Shown here piece by piece: positions 26,161-38,835 of a stretch of DNA of 64,000 nucleotides. Within the stretch, counting starts at the first letter, position 1, and each line of letters starts with the position of its first letter. The position numbers and the translations under genes were made by a program. The notes under the pieces are model-generated. The model was not told where the DNA came from, did not search any database, and was given only the letters and a program-made list of their open reading frames with translations. The stretch is from Lytechinus pictus (taxonomy: Eukaryota): the NCBI RefSeq assembly GCF_037042905.1, contig NC_087251.1, positions 9,054,001 through 9,118,000 on the forward strand. Direction: 5' to 3'.

Positions 26161-26905
26161 CTTAATTTTAACAATGTCCTTGGCATTTGGATTTCCTATG
26201 GGGGCTGGTGCCTTTATTTGCTAGAGCTCCTGTGAGTACTGAGCTGACCGGGCTTGCCCCTTAAATTGTCGGTGTACTGAGCAGCAAGCAAGAGGGCACC
26301 AGGATGTAGCCAGGAATTCAAGTGGGTGATGCAAAACTGTATTTTAGTTTTTTTTTCTTCTTCATTTACATTTACATCTGTAGTTATATGTATTTATGTA
26401 TATCCAAAGGAACTGCTGCTGCGCTAGCGCCATGAGCGTCTCTGGACGGTGAGTGCGCTGAATAAGAAAAATCACTGTTATAATTATTAATTTACAACTA
26501 TCTCACAACAGATGTGTGGTAAGACACTTCACCATACTTCATGTTAAAGATATTACATTTTCCATAGTTTATCGCTTTTATCAGCGATTTTCTTTTTTTT
26601 ATAAAATTCATGTTAAAACAATACAAAAAAACATTCTAATTCATACAACTTTTGTTTTGCATGGTAAAGCATGGGTTTTCCCAAATCGTTTGAAGTATGA
26701 GTTGTCAAAGATGTATTATAACAAAAGAATGCATTGAGTCTGTCTCATTTTTCACAGGGGGAATATTGGTAGATATTTATTTAGAATACAGTGTCCTACT
26801 TCTTCAACTCCAACTTCTAATTGTACTACTTTCTATACTACGCCACAGTAAAACACATTGTAATTAAGAAATATCTACAATGTGCCTTCAATGAATTTTC
26901 TTTAG

Positions 26906-27021
26906 AACGTCATCAGCAATTGAGAAACTCAAAAAGTTGGACTATGCCGCCGCTGAAGAAGAAGATGTACTCGGTAAGGGACTCTACAATAACGGATGCA
27001 TAGATCTTGCTTTAGAGACAG
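26906..27021 (+). CDS. ADCY10: sAC exon: TSSAIEKLKKLDY...GCIDLALETG
   Basis: tttag acceptor, gtatga donor. Confidence 0.85.
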
Positions 27022-27182
27022 GTATGATCATATTACGTAAAAATGACCATCTGATTATGATTTTTTTGCACGGTCAGCCCCCCCCCCCCCTCACTTTCAA
27101 AACTGTTCCGCGGGCCCTGTATTACACATCATATATAACTTAATCAAATGAATGCTAAAAATACAGATTCAATACCGATCTG

Positions 27183-27339
27183 GGGAGCGTTTCATGAAAG
27201 GACTTGTCGGACGTTTTATCCGACAAGTCCTGTTTTATCCGACAGTTACCATAGTAACAGTGCCTCACAGCCAATCAAAATCAAGGAAAGATGTCAGATC
27301 TGACAACTTGTCGGACAAAAATCTTGATGAAACGCTCCC
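27183..27339. mobile_element. Harbinger-like MITE (GGGAGCGTTTCAT TIR, CTG target)
   Basis: TIRs; inverted copy at 58635-58791. Confidence 0.75.
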
Positions 27340-27342
27340 CTG

Positions 27343-27493
27343 GGGCCCGTTTCATAAAGGACTTACTACTGTTGTAACTTTGCCATTATTGCAACTACCA
27401 TGGTAACATGGATCAGAAGCCAATCACAATGAAGGTTTCCATGTTAGTTGCCATAATGGCAAAGTTACAACAGTTGCAAGTCCTGCCGGGCCC
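27343..27493. mobile_element. Second Harbinger-like palindromic MITE sharing the CWG target with the previous one
   Basis: GGGCCCG...CGGGCCC ends; internal inverted tgttgtaactttgccatt/aatggcaaagttacaaca. Confidence 0.65.
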
Positions 27494-28087
27494 CAGATAC
27501 GTAGTCGCTCTTGTCGGAACATCTGTATGTTCACGTGAAAATGCACATAATCGTTTAGGGGACGGAAAAAATCACTTGAAACATTGTCCATCCATATTAG
27601 GTCCATTGAAGAAACCTGAAGACGTATATCTCCGGCCTAGCAAAAACCCAATCGACTGGCTCCATGCATAGAGCTATTATGCTTCATGCCACAAATCTGG
27701 TTTGAACCCGATTTCAAGCCAGTGTCGAGTTGTCTGTGCATTCGACGTAAAAAGGGGGCGTAAAAAAGCAAAAGTAGGAGATTTGTGCGACGCAAGTATT
27801 TTCTCATTAATTCGCATATCGGTGTACATGGAGACTAGTGTCATTGTTCAGTATGCCCTTCTAATTTATTTCATGATTTATTTGTTGTATTTCACACCAT
27901 TTTAGTTATCTTTCCTTTGAAACGTTGTAAACCGTCTTTGAACAGTGTAATTAAAAATCTTAATTTGTAAATCTTTGTTCATGAAGGCAAGGGGAAATAC
28001 TATCTAATAAATCATCATATTATGTAAGTCAAATCAAAGTTGGTAGATGTGTGACGTTTTCTGTTTTTCATGGGTATGTGAGTTTTT

Positions 28088-28875
28088 TGTCTCACCTGCA
28101 TAGCAGAGTGAGACTATAGGCGCCGCTTTTCCGACGGCGACGGCGGCGGCGGCGTCAACACCAAATCTTAACCTGAGGTTAAGTTTTTGAAATGACAGCA
28201 TAACTTAGAAAGTATATGGACCTAGTTCATGAAACTTGGCCATAAGGTTAATCAAGTATTACTGAACATCCTGCCTGAGTTTCATGTCACATGACCGAGG
28301 TCAAAGGTCATTTAGGGTCAATGAACTTAGACCATGTTGGGGGAATCAACATCAAAATCTTAACCTAAGGTTAAGTTTTTGAAATGTCATCATAACTTAG
28401 AAAATATATGGACCTAGTTAATGAAACTTATACATAAGGTTAATCAAGTATCACTAAACATCCTGCATGAGTTTCACATCACATGACCAAGGTCAAAGGT
28501 CATTTAGGGTCAATGAACTTTGGCCGAATTGGGGGTATCTGTTGAATTACCATCATAACTTTGAAAGTTTATGGATCTGATTCATGAAACTTGGACATAA
28601 TAGTAATCAAGTATTACTGAACATCCTGTGCAAGTTTCAGGTCACATGATCAAGGTCAAAGGTCATTTAGGGTCAATGAACGTTGGCCACGTTGGGGTTT
28701 TTTGTTGAATTGCCATCATATCTCTATAAGTGTATTGGTCTAGTTCATAAAACGTGGAAATAAGAGTAACCAAGTATCACTGAACTTGTGCGAGTTATAG
28801 TAGTTTTCAAAATCAGCACTGCTGCTATATTGAATCGCGTGATGCAGGTGAGACGGCCAGAGGCATTCTACTTGT
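28088..28875 (+). mobile_element. HINE family 1 copy ending 16 nt before a sAC exon
   Basis: Same termini and internal units. Confidence 0.82.
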
Positions 28876-28891
28876 TTTCCATTAATTCCAG

Positions 28892-29009
28892 GTGTATCTT
28901 TAGAGAGTCATGACGCTCTCACTCAGTTCTGTCGACATGCAGCCAGTGATTCAGCTTTCTCCATCAATACTGTACCACGGTTCCATCTCATGGCTTGCCT
29001 GGCTGTATG
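28892..29009 (+). CDS. ADCY10: sAC exon: VSLESHDALTQFC...MACLAVW
   Basis: tccag acceptor, gtaaat donor. Confidence 0.83.
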
Positions 29010-29512
29010 GTAAATCATTCCTCTTCCATTATTCTCCACACTATGCACAACTTTATAATCCCCTCAGTATTATATTCATCTCATCTTTGAAGTGATATAG
29101 GTCGGTTCCGTTCCAATCCTGGTTCTTTACCAGTTTACATTGAAATCTCGTCCTTTTATGTTGCTTCTCATTACCAACTTCCCCGTCTTCTGTTTTTTTT
29201 TTTACCATTCACACTCTTGTAACACCCAATCAACCATTCAATGGAAAGCTTATTAATCTTATGTATAGTATCAAAAGACCCAGTGTAGTATTCTCAAATT
29301 ACTTTTACGTTTTGTGATTTCTGAATTTTCTCTCTCCGACGGTCATAGGCAACAGTCTTCTTTTATTATTTTTTTTTTTATTTGAGATCACGATGAAAGG
29401 AAAGAAGCATGAAATGTTTGCATTGGAAATAAGTAAATGGCTTATTTCAGTAAGTAAAATTCAAAATATCCATGAGCATATTTGGATTTTTTCTTTTAAC
29501 CAATGACATCAG

Positions 29513-29711
29513 GTGTGCTCGTCAGGGTCGATACGAGATGACCAATGAGTGGTTGGTTTCAATGGAAGTTCTGATTCCTGTTCATCCAACCTGCTTCCTT
29601 GCCATAGATGGTCTTCTTAAGCTAGCCGAATGTCACCTTATCAACTACTACAACTGCTTCAAGAGTGCCTACCAAAGTACTAGAGAAAGATCTCGTGTTA
29701 AAGCAAAAGAG
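29513..29711 (+). CDS. ADCY10: sAC exon: CARQGRYEMTNEW...KAKE
   Basis: atcag acceptor, gtaaaa donor. Confidence 0.87.
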
Positions 29712-29808
29712 GTAAAAACCGTAATTTTCTTTTTTGTATAAAAAAAATATTTTCTGTGTAAGTCAAGACAAATTAACAGACTGCATCATTAATTCCGTTG
29801 TGTATCAG

Positions 29809-30150
29809 ATTCTTGATCATCTGAAAGCTGAGATGAAGCTCTTTCCAGTCTTCCTCCCTCGGTTACTGCACATGAAGGCTTACTACGCCATGCTATTAGG
29901 TAACAGAAGGCTAGCTAAGAAGCTCCTCACCAAGTGTCTGAAGGAAAGCGAGAAGATGAGCAACCTGATGGAGCAGAAGTGGGCTCAACAGAGTTGGGAT
30001 TCTTGGGCTGACACGACTGAAGAGAATGTAAAGAGACAGGAAGGATTGTGGCTGGCTAGGTCTGCAGATGATTCCACCGGTAAAGGAGGTGCATCTGATA
30101 TTGAACCGGTCAAGTTTCTCTTGCCTTTCTCTCGACCAGAAGCAAATTGA
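29809..30150 (+). CDS. ADCY10: sAC last coding exon: ILDHLK...FPVFLPRLLHMKAY...SRPEAN*
   Basis: atcag acceptor; PVFxPRLxHxxAY motif of the sAC C-terminus; TGA stop. Confidence 0.9.
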   Translation: MLDHLKAEMKLFPVFLPRLLHMKAYYAMLLGNRRLAKKLLTKCLKESEKMSNLMEQKWAQQSWDSWADTTEENVKRQEGLWLARSADDSTGKGGASDIEPVKFLLPFSRPEAN

Positions 30151-32969
30151 TTGACGATCTTTAGGGCGTTTCATAAAGAATATATACAAGTGTGGTGATT
30201 ATATGATTATAGGGCTCATCACACAATCATATTATATCAAAGTTTCTATGATACTTATAGTTACCATCACACTATAATCAAATCAATGTGTCTATGGTAG
30301 TTGCCACACACACTTATCAAATTCTATATATCATGGTTACCACACTGGCTGAGTTACCATAATCATAATTTCTTTATGAAACGAGACCCCGATCCCTACA
30401 CCTTTTTATCAAAGGCGGTGCTTGCTGACTCTTCATTCCTTATGGTTAACTGTGATTTAGTTCTAATAAGTGGTTGTCCAGTGACATCCATATCAATTTA
30501 ATAAAATTTAAACAGTTAATTGACGTATTTTACATTGGTTCAGAGACTTTTGCAGTGTTATTTTATGCTTAGATTTGTCAAATTGTTGTGTTTGAATTTG
30601 AATCGTTGCTGGAAACGTTACTGGAAAATAGTTACGTCTTGATGTCAAAATGATTGCACAATCTGAATGGTTGGTCTTTGAATGATTCACTAAACAATAT
30701 GGTTGTTAAGGCTTGCGGCCTCATGTTTTGATAATTATAATTTTAGGTTTTATAATGAGAATGCAGGAATTTGTTATATGTATGAAATGGATGCAGTCCT
30801 AAAACTCTTTCCATCGCATTGTAAATATAGTCGCTTTCCGAATTGTAAGATTGTTATTAAAGTATTTATGAAGTTCAAATTCCAAGATAATTTTCAGGCA
30901 TTTTGAATTTCTTTTATTGCATTATTGTAATGTATAAAATTGTATAGTAAATCTCTAAGATTTTTAATCAAATTATATTACTCAAGGATAATCTTAGAGT
31001 ATGATTAATTTATTACTAGAATGATATATCATGGAATACAAGCCATGAATATTGGACTGCGAAAGAAAAAAAACGAGTATTACATCGAGAGCTATAAATA
31101 AATCTTTGAAAAAATTAAGTGCGTGCATACGTCAACAAAGGTCGTCAATGTGAAAAGGGGATGGACGTTGATTGTAGGCGTTTGAATGATTCTTTTCTTG
31201 AAGGAGATGTTGCATATTCAGCAAAGTGAAATTTGAGCATTTTGAGTACAACAGTTTTAGGTTTTGGTCTTGAGTTACATAACGCGTACATGATTTGGGA
31301 AACACCTTTTCCAAACACGAAACACTAATTTCAATCATCCCAAATATAGAATATTATTTTCTGGGAGAATAATTTTGCAGAGGCGAAATCACAAAGTGTA
31401 ATTTAAAAAATGTATTCATCAACATTTTTGAAGTGACACGAAAGCTATGTCTTACACACCCTTTTACTCGGCACACAATCACTGCAATAATTGTGTTAGT
31501 ATTACTAGGCCTATCATTTCCCATTATGCTCAGTTTGTCTGAATACTGTGGACATGTTTTTGCAAAACAAATATTTCTTTCTTAGTCAGTTACTGTCAAT
31601 TTCTAATTCGGTAGCAAACATTCCAAAGTTACGTTCCAGAGAGTGTTTCATAACGCAGTTCATAATTTATGAATTAAGAATTAAACGACCTACTACATAA
31701 AGTACTAATGTCTGAGCCCAATCTTTCAATCCAATTTATTTACATTCTCAATAAGAGCATAGAAAACATGCACAAGATATATTAGTAAAACTTTGTCACA
31801 ACATCCAAATAACATATTTATGAGAATGAGGGGCCAACAAAAAAGAGCAAATAGCCTTATGGAACGTTTACCCAACATCTAAGACAAAAATAATAACTGC
31901 TGATGTTATAACCTGTTTACTGATTTTATGACAAAATTTCACTACATGTCACCCGATTTCATTAAACATGTGGAAAAGAGCATACTTTTGCATTAGAGTT
32001 TGTTTACAATGCGAATATTGATCAACATCTTATTTAAACTTCAAAGAATACTACTATAAGCTACTATAAGTGATTAAGATATTTTGTTTTTAATATTCCA
32101 TTCGATCACATGGTCCTTTATAACTTTACACACAGCTTCATGAAACACCCTTATAGTGACAATCACAAGTGACACTGATTTAAAACCAATTAATCTCTTT
32201 GTATTTGAAGAGAGGGAGCGGGAAGATTTTGGCTTGTAAATACATTGTCATGTATGTGAAATAATTTCTTAGGCCTGAATCACATGTGGAATCGATATTC
32301 TTGAAATTCTAGGAGTTGTAGATTTTGTGCATTGTTTAAATATGTATGTTAAGAGTGTGTTTCCAAGTCTAATTATCTATTAAAAAAGAAAAAAAAAACA
32401 TCATTCCATATTTATTAAAAAGCTTTTTATTTTGAATTTAATCGTTCACACTGCAGTATTCATTCATGCATACTATATTTCTGTCTTAGTAGACAGTTAC
32501 GATGACTCTAATGTAAAATAAAATTATGCTAAATTTTCATGTTGATTGTTTATCTGTTAATTACTGTATCATGCATTCGTGCTGTTTGTATTCTATTGCT
32601 ATAGAACAATTTTCCCTGTTCGACATTTAAATATGAATTGAATTCAGATTTAATACCATTGCAAGCATGTACATAGATTTTACATGTTAACCGTTTTTTC
32701 ATTAAACTCTATATTGATTTTTTTTTTTCATGAAAAAATCCCAGAACTTTCTGCATTAAATTTCAGAGGAAAACTTAAGCGGTTATATGATGTTCAAATA
32801 TGTCTCCTTTGTTTATCACACTCTATTAGTAATACAAGACAATCTTGACAAAATAGTATTTGACGGTGGAGGGCGGTGGGACGTCTTCCAATGCGGCGAT
32901 ATGCAAAATGAGGGTCGCATTTTTAAAGGACATTTCGGTACCCCGTTGCATTAAAGTATAAAATATTAA

Positions 32970-33529
32970 AGGAAAATGAAACCTTTGGAACAAGATAGCT
33001 CGTAGGAAAACAGAAAAATCAAAGAAATAGATCAATGAAAGTTTGAGAAAAATTGAATAAATAGTTATGAGCATTTGAAGTTTAGATCATTATTGTAATG
33101 TAGATCCTCTGATTGGCAACGAGACAAAGATGTGTAATATCACTTGCGAACATCTCTCCCACTAATGTTGTATATCACATCTACCAGTATATCATGTATT
33201 TTTTTTTTCTATAGGAGGGCATGAAATACAGATTTTAAAAGAATACCTTGTGAATAGAGAATTTGTATCACCATAAGAAAGAGCAAAACAGACATATTTG
33301 GGGTATTTTATAGTCCAATGAAGGGAAAGTTGTTCACATGTGACATTATACATCTTTGTCGCATTGCCACAATGGGAGGATCTTCATTGCATTGGTCATG
33401 TTGGTGATCGCAATATTCAATACTTTCTCATAATATTTGTCTGATTTTTCTCAAACTTACTTGGATCTTATTCTTGGATTTTTTCTGTTTCCACACAAAG
33501 CCCACTTGTTCCAAAGGTTTCATTCCCCT
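32970..33529. mobile_element. TTAA-targeting MITE (Kolobok-like AG...CT ends)
   Basis: TTAA|AGGAAAATGAAACCTTTGGAACAAG ... CTTGTTCCAAAGGTTTCATTCCCCT|TTAA. Confidence 0.78.
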
Positions 33530-33699
33530 TTAAAATAACTTCGCCATCCAGTGGTATCCCCAATGAAATCCTGCTCATTATGTATTAGTTGTCATTGTAT
33601 GACTAAGTTATAGGTCATTAGTTCTGTCTCCTATCGATTATTGCATTATTGCTTCTTTCTACAATCCACTCTAAAATCAATTAATTCGTATTCAAAATT

Positions 33700-33975
33700 G
33701 GGCAGCACGATTAATTTTACAGGTTTCTCGAGATCATCCTTCCCAGTCACTCTTTAATTCACTGGCTTCTATTGAAACAGAGAATTAAATTACTCTTGAC
33801 CGTCTACAAAACACTGAACAAACAGGCTCCAGTCGCGTCGGCCGGTTACCCTCTTCGTCTCACATTATTTATGTACATTAGCCGGTGATGTAACTTTTTA
33901 CTATACATGTTTCAGCTTCAAAATACTGGAATGATTTGCCATTTATAATAAGACAGTCTCCATCAAAAACCCATC
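33700..33975 (+). mobile_element. Degenerate L2-type LINE C-terminal fragment
   Basis: Translates (with a frameshift) to HWLLLKQRIK..LLLTVYKTLNKQAP, like the L2 LHWLP...YK.L...AP motif. Confidence 0.55.
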
Positions 33976-34077
33976 TATTTGTAGTTTGTAGGTTTAGCCC
34001 TGGGATTTCCGCCCATGATCATGACGATAAAAGCGCATTGGGTCTTATAGGAAAGGCGCAGTAACTGTTATTGTTAA

Positions 34078-34681
34078 AGGTCAAGTCCACCCCAGAAAAA
34101 TGTTGATTTCAATAAATAGAGAAAAATCAAACTAACATAACGCTGAAAATTTCATCAAAATTTCATCAAAATCGGACGTAAAATAAAAAAGTTATGGCAT
34201 TTTGAAGTTCCGCTTGTTTTTCACAAAACTGATATGCACAACTCAGTGACATGCAAATGGGTCAGTCGATGATGTCCATCACCCACTATTTCTTTTGTTT
34301 TTTATTGTTTGAATTACACCATATTGCATTTTTTACATATTTGACAGTAAGGACCAACTTGACTGAACGATATAGTATTAAACAATGCTAATTCCACATA
34401 TTCAGGGATGAATTATTTGTTGTTCCCTTGACAATGAGGAGAAAAATAGAATATTTCAAATGATAAAATACAAAAGAAATAGTGAGTGGATTACGTAATC
34501 GACTGACCCATTTGCATACCGACCAGGATGTGCATATCACTGTTTTGTGATATTAAGCGAAACTTTTAAATGTCATAACTTTCTTATTTTACATCCGATT
34601 TTGATGATATTTTCAGTGTTATGCTTGTTAGATTTTTCTCTTTTTATTTAAATCAACCTTTTGTTGGGGTGGACTTGTCAT
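34078..34681. mobile_element. TTAA-targeting MITE (Kolobok-like), AGGTCAAGTCCACCCC family, copy 1
   Basis: TIRs and TTAA flanks; copies at 40346-40940 and 57449-58048. Confidence 0.82.
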
Positions 34682-35589
34682 TTAAGGCCTCCGCACACCT
34701 TACGATCGATTGGTCCGCGACCCGATTTTGGAATGAAACGTAGTCGATTTGATGATAGTATTGAGACATGGAATATTCAAGGGTGGTGGAACGTATTTTT
34801 CGTTAGGGGGGGGGGGCAATGCCAAAAAGGGCGCTTATATGTGAATTACCATCTTTACTAAAGCTAAATACCTGCTCAAACCTATAAAACGAAAGGAACA
34901 TATCTTGGCTTGTAATATGAATAGGTTTGGATTAGGTTAAACAATTCATTTAGAAACTATTATCATTTGAAAACAAAGAGGTCAAGTGTTATACTTACCC
35001 CAACAATACAGGGGCAATTGTAACACACCTATGGGGCATTTTTTTATCAAATTTTATGCACTTGACAGATGCAAGATTTGTTAAACAACTTCAGCCTCAT
35101 GTATAATAAAACATGACAATTTGACTAATTTACATTATATTTTCCATTCATGGGGAACATTTTGACTTTTTTTTAAGGTTGTGGCGTCACCCTAACTGTA
35201 GAACTATACATCAATTTCTATTTGGGTTCTGTATCTACTTTAAATAATTAATATGTACCTACCCTGCATCTCTTTAAATGGACGACTATTGTAAAACACT
35301 ATAGGCCTACATTGTGCTTTTTAACTTTAATGTATTCTCTTCCTAATACAGGGATATTATTTCTTAAAGAAGTGGATTGCAGGTTTGTCTAAAATCTATC
35401 AAAAAATATATACGCCACTTTTTTGGGACAAAATCGATATTTCTTTACTTTGTTAATAATTTATCAAATCCCGAATTACTGTTTTATTCAGATATCATTT
35501 TGTATGAAAGACATGCTCCCACTTTCAATTTACTCCCTTTAATTTAGTGATTTACCCTCTCTGTATAATTATCTGTGCTGCATGTGCTT

Positions 35590-36520
35590 TTATTTCAAGC
35601 CTATACTCAGATTTACAATTTTGACATTAGAAGAACCTATACACTCTCCTTGAGTTTTTAACTTATTCTTTTCTAGTAAAGTGCTATAGATTATGAAAAA
35701 CAAAAAAAGTACAAAAACTCTAGAATTTTTGAGAAAAATGGGAGTAAAGAAATCGGACAATAATTTGAAATAACATGTAAATATTTTTTTATGTATAGGA
35801 ATCAATTTAGAAATTTTAAATTTGGAAGGAACTATACCGGATGATGATGACGAGTTAAACATATGACATAATGGTTTTAAAATGAGTAAAATTATTTTTT
35901 TAATGACTATGGGACTAATATCGTCGATTCCACAACTTCTACTACTTTTCAATTTTTAACAATATCAAGTATTTCATTTTCAGTAACAGGTTTTGAAAAT
36001 ACATTACTGTGGCAAGAATTTGCTACAGTAATCATTATCATCTAGGCAATTTCCAGATTTATATGTCTTCAATCCAATCTTCACACACAAAAAAAATCAT
36101 TAAAACTGTTTCCTATATTCTTATCCCGATGAACATTGTTACCATTTACATTTATATAGTTAGGGGGCTTGTTCTTTTTATTTCCAAGTTCTTTAATAAT
36201 GATCCATGTCTTTTTTATTTTATTTACCACTACACTCTTTAAACTTATCTTCGTAAAATCTATTTACAAATCTCGTATTTTCACATATTTTGTCTTTGAA
36301 TTCTCATTAGGAGTTTCACGATATTTCTTAAACAGTCCTTTTCAATCCATGGTTTCTTTGCTTTTCTCTTTCCTATGGATCTAGAAACTTTTTGAAAGAA
36401 TTGTTATATAATTTTCTAAATTTCATTAAAGTTTTTTTATAAACAATTTCAGTGTTTCCACCGAATAATATTTCATCCCAATTAATCATGGCATGTTTTT
36501 CTTTAAAAACTTTGATCGCG
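35590..36520 (-). mobile_element. Degenerate CR1-type LINE ORF2 fragment
   Basis: SCGIDDISP...PLCHMFNSS...GIVPSKFKISKLIPIHKK (pre-RT region). Confidence 0.7.
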
Positions 36521-37611
36521 TTTCCATTTATACATTGGCATGGATTTCGTCTAATTGTTATATGGTCTAATGATCATTTGGTCTAATGTCCATTTAGTCC
36601 AATATAAAATCATTCATTATGATCTATTTGATCTGAAATTAACAAATATGGTCATGGATAATAAATACACCATGAATCAATTCATGTCGCCAAGATCCGG
36701 AAGGGTCGAGCCGGGTTAAGGCTGGTGGCGGGCGCAAAACCTCTCCGTGAAGGACTACTGATGACGAGTCGCTCATCGAATGAATTCTAATCAAATATCA
36801 TTCTTATAATTAGGCCTATATATATCGATTATATCTATGATGCTGAAAAATATCTACTCAAAATAACTACATCACTGCATGCTTATTTACAGATTCTAAG
36901 TAATGGATGAGCAATAAGTTTGGGACCTTGAAGCTTATAATGGTCGAATGGCGTGGTTTTCATCAGAATAACATTATTATGAATTTATAAAGGAACGAAA
37001 ATATAATGTAATTCATTGTGTGGATACGTATCTGGTAAACATGTTTATGCCTCTTCGTAATCATACTTCAACTTTACAGAAAATAAGCGAATGATTATGG
37101 TTATGCAGTTTGGGGGATTCCAAAAGTTACAAAGCCATTAGATCATGTAATTTTGTTTGGAATATTTTGTTCATTCATCTTATCGTCCCATATTATGTTT
37201 TTTATCTTACTTCTTCGCCTCCTCCGTAAAATGGAGGGGGGGGGGGGCAACGGGCTAGCGATCCCTAACATGAATGTTGTCCCCAACAAAATATTTGAAA
37301 GAAATTGCAGTTTTGTATGTGATAGCAAGATAAAAAAAAATTTCGATGTCGTATATGTTTCTTTTCACCCTTTTCTATCTTTTCGTTTCCTTTCCCTCTA
37401 TTGCTTTCTCCTCCCCTTTTCCCGCCCCTCTCCTTTCTTTTCCATTTCCTTTCTTCTCCCTTCTCTCTTTCGTTTTCTCTCTCATTTTCCCTCTCTCCCT
37501 TCTCTTTTTTGTTCTATCCTTCATTTTTCTCGAGTAATTCTCCATTTCCCGTTTTCTTTCTCTCTTTTCCCCTGTCCCTTCCTTTTCTTTCCCCTTTCTT
37601 TTCCCAAGTGA

Positions 37612-37985
37612 GGATTAGACGAACTGGTATTAGACCAACTAGTATTAGACTAAACGACAATTAGACGAACTAGTATTAGACCAAATACAATTAGACCAAG
37701 TGACAATAAAATACATTAGACGAAATGGCCATTAGACCAACTGAAAATTAGACTAAGTGACGATTAGCCAGGCAGGGCATTAGACCAAATGGCTATTAGA
37801 CCAAGTGGTCATTAAACCAATTGGCTATTAGGCCAAGTGGTACATCATGAGCCTGACTAATTGGCTATTAGACCAAGTGGTCGTTAGACCAAATGAGAAT
37901 TGGACTAAATGGGTTTAGCCCGAATGTTGTTAGCCCATCTGAAGATTAGAGACCAAGTGATATTAGACCAACCGTCAGTAAACCG
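37612..37985. repeat. Minisatellite of 15-21 bp units built on ATTAGACCAA
   Basis: More than 15 visible units; inverted units (TTGGTCTAAT) at 36547-36620. Confidence 0.8.
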
Positions 37986-38835
37986 TATTGCTATTAATCC
38001 AGGTTTCCGAAAATCCGAATACAGAAAAGTTAAAAGATAATGTGGATAAATATTTTGCTATTGCATCAAATTTTTACTTAAACTACGAGAGTTGAAATGT
38101 AATATACTAAAACTATTATTCATATTTCTAAAACTATCTACAAATTGGTCATTGAAAAATATTTACAGTTACAATCAATATCCAAGTCACTTCGGTGTCT
38201 TCATTTGCAATAAAAGTATCATACAAATTATTCAAGTCCTGATTACTATACAATTAATTGTTATCATAATAATGCATATTAATAAATTCATCATCATTTA
38301 TTTCATAAGGTAAAATGGAATGAATACATCTTGGAAAAGGAGATTGACATGTATCATGAATATCACATTATTGAATAAATGAATGCCAGTGTTAAAGTCT
38401 CTACAAAATGGACATGTAAGTATGTTTGTCTTTACTTTCAAGGTCACAATCTACAGTTAACATTAAATACAAATAGTATCAAACGTTAAAAATATACAAG
38501 AGTTCAATTACAAAAGAGAAAAAAAATACAACAGTTCAATTATTTTTCTTTAAAGAAAAAAAAAGTGAAACAACAGAAGTCATACAAAATCGTCCAAGAG
38601 TACAAACTTGAGAGAGTTATAATATCTCATTTTGATATATTCAGTTTCTTGGTACTTCCACTTGATTTGCTTATTTCGCTACTCTTAAATTTTTGTTCTC
38701 ATTTCTTTTGTTATGTTCTCCACTTATTTTGCATCATTAACCGGGATAAAGACCGGGGATAAAGAATACTAACAAAAATAAAGTGATCAAACGGGTTGTA
38801 AATTGAACGGGGTACACCCTATGCGATTGGTTGGG

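Noticed and set aside
37612..37985. Regularly spaced short repeats resembling a CRISPR array
   Set aside because: Units are 15-21 bp, spacers are short and mutually similar, there are no cas genes and the context is eukaryotic: a minisatellite.
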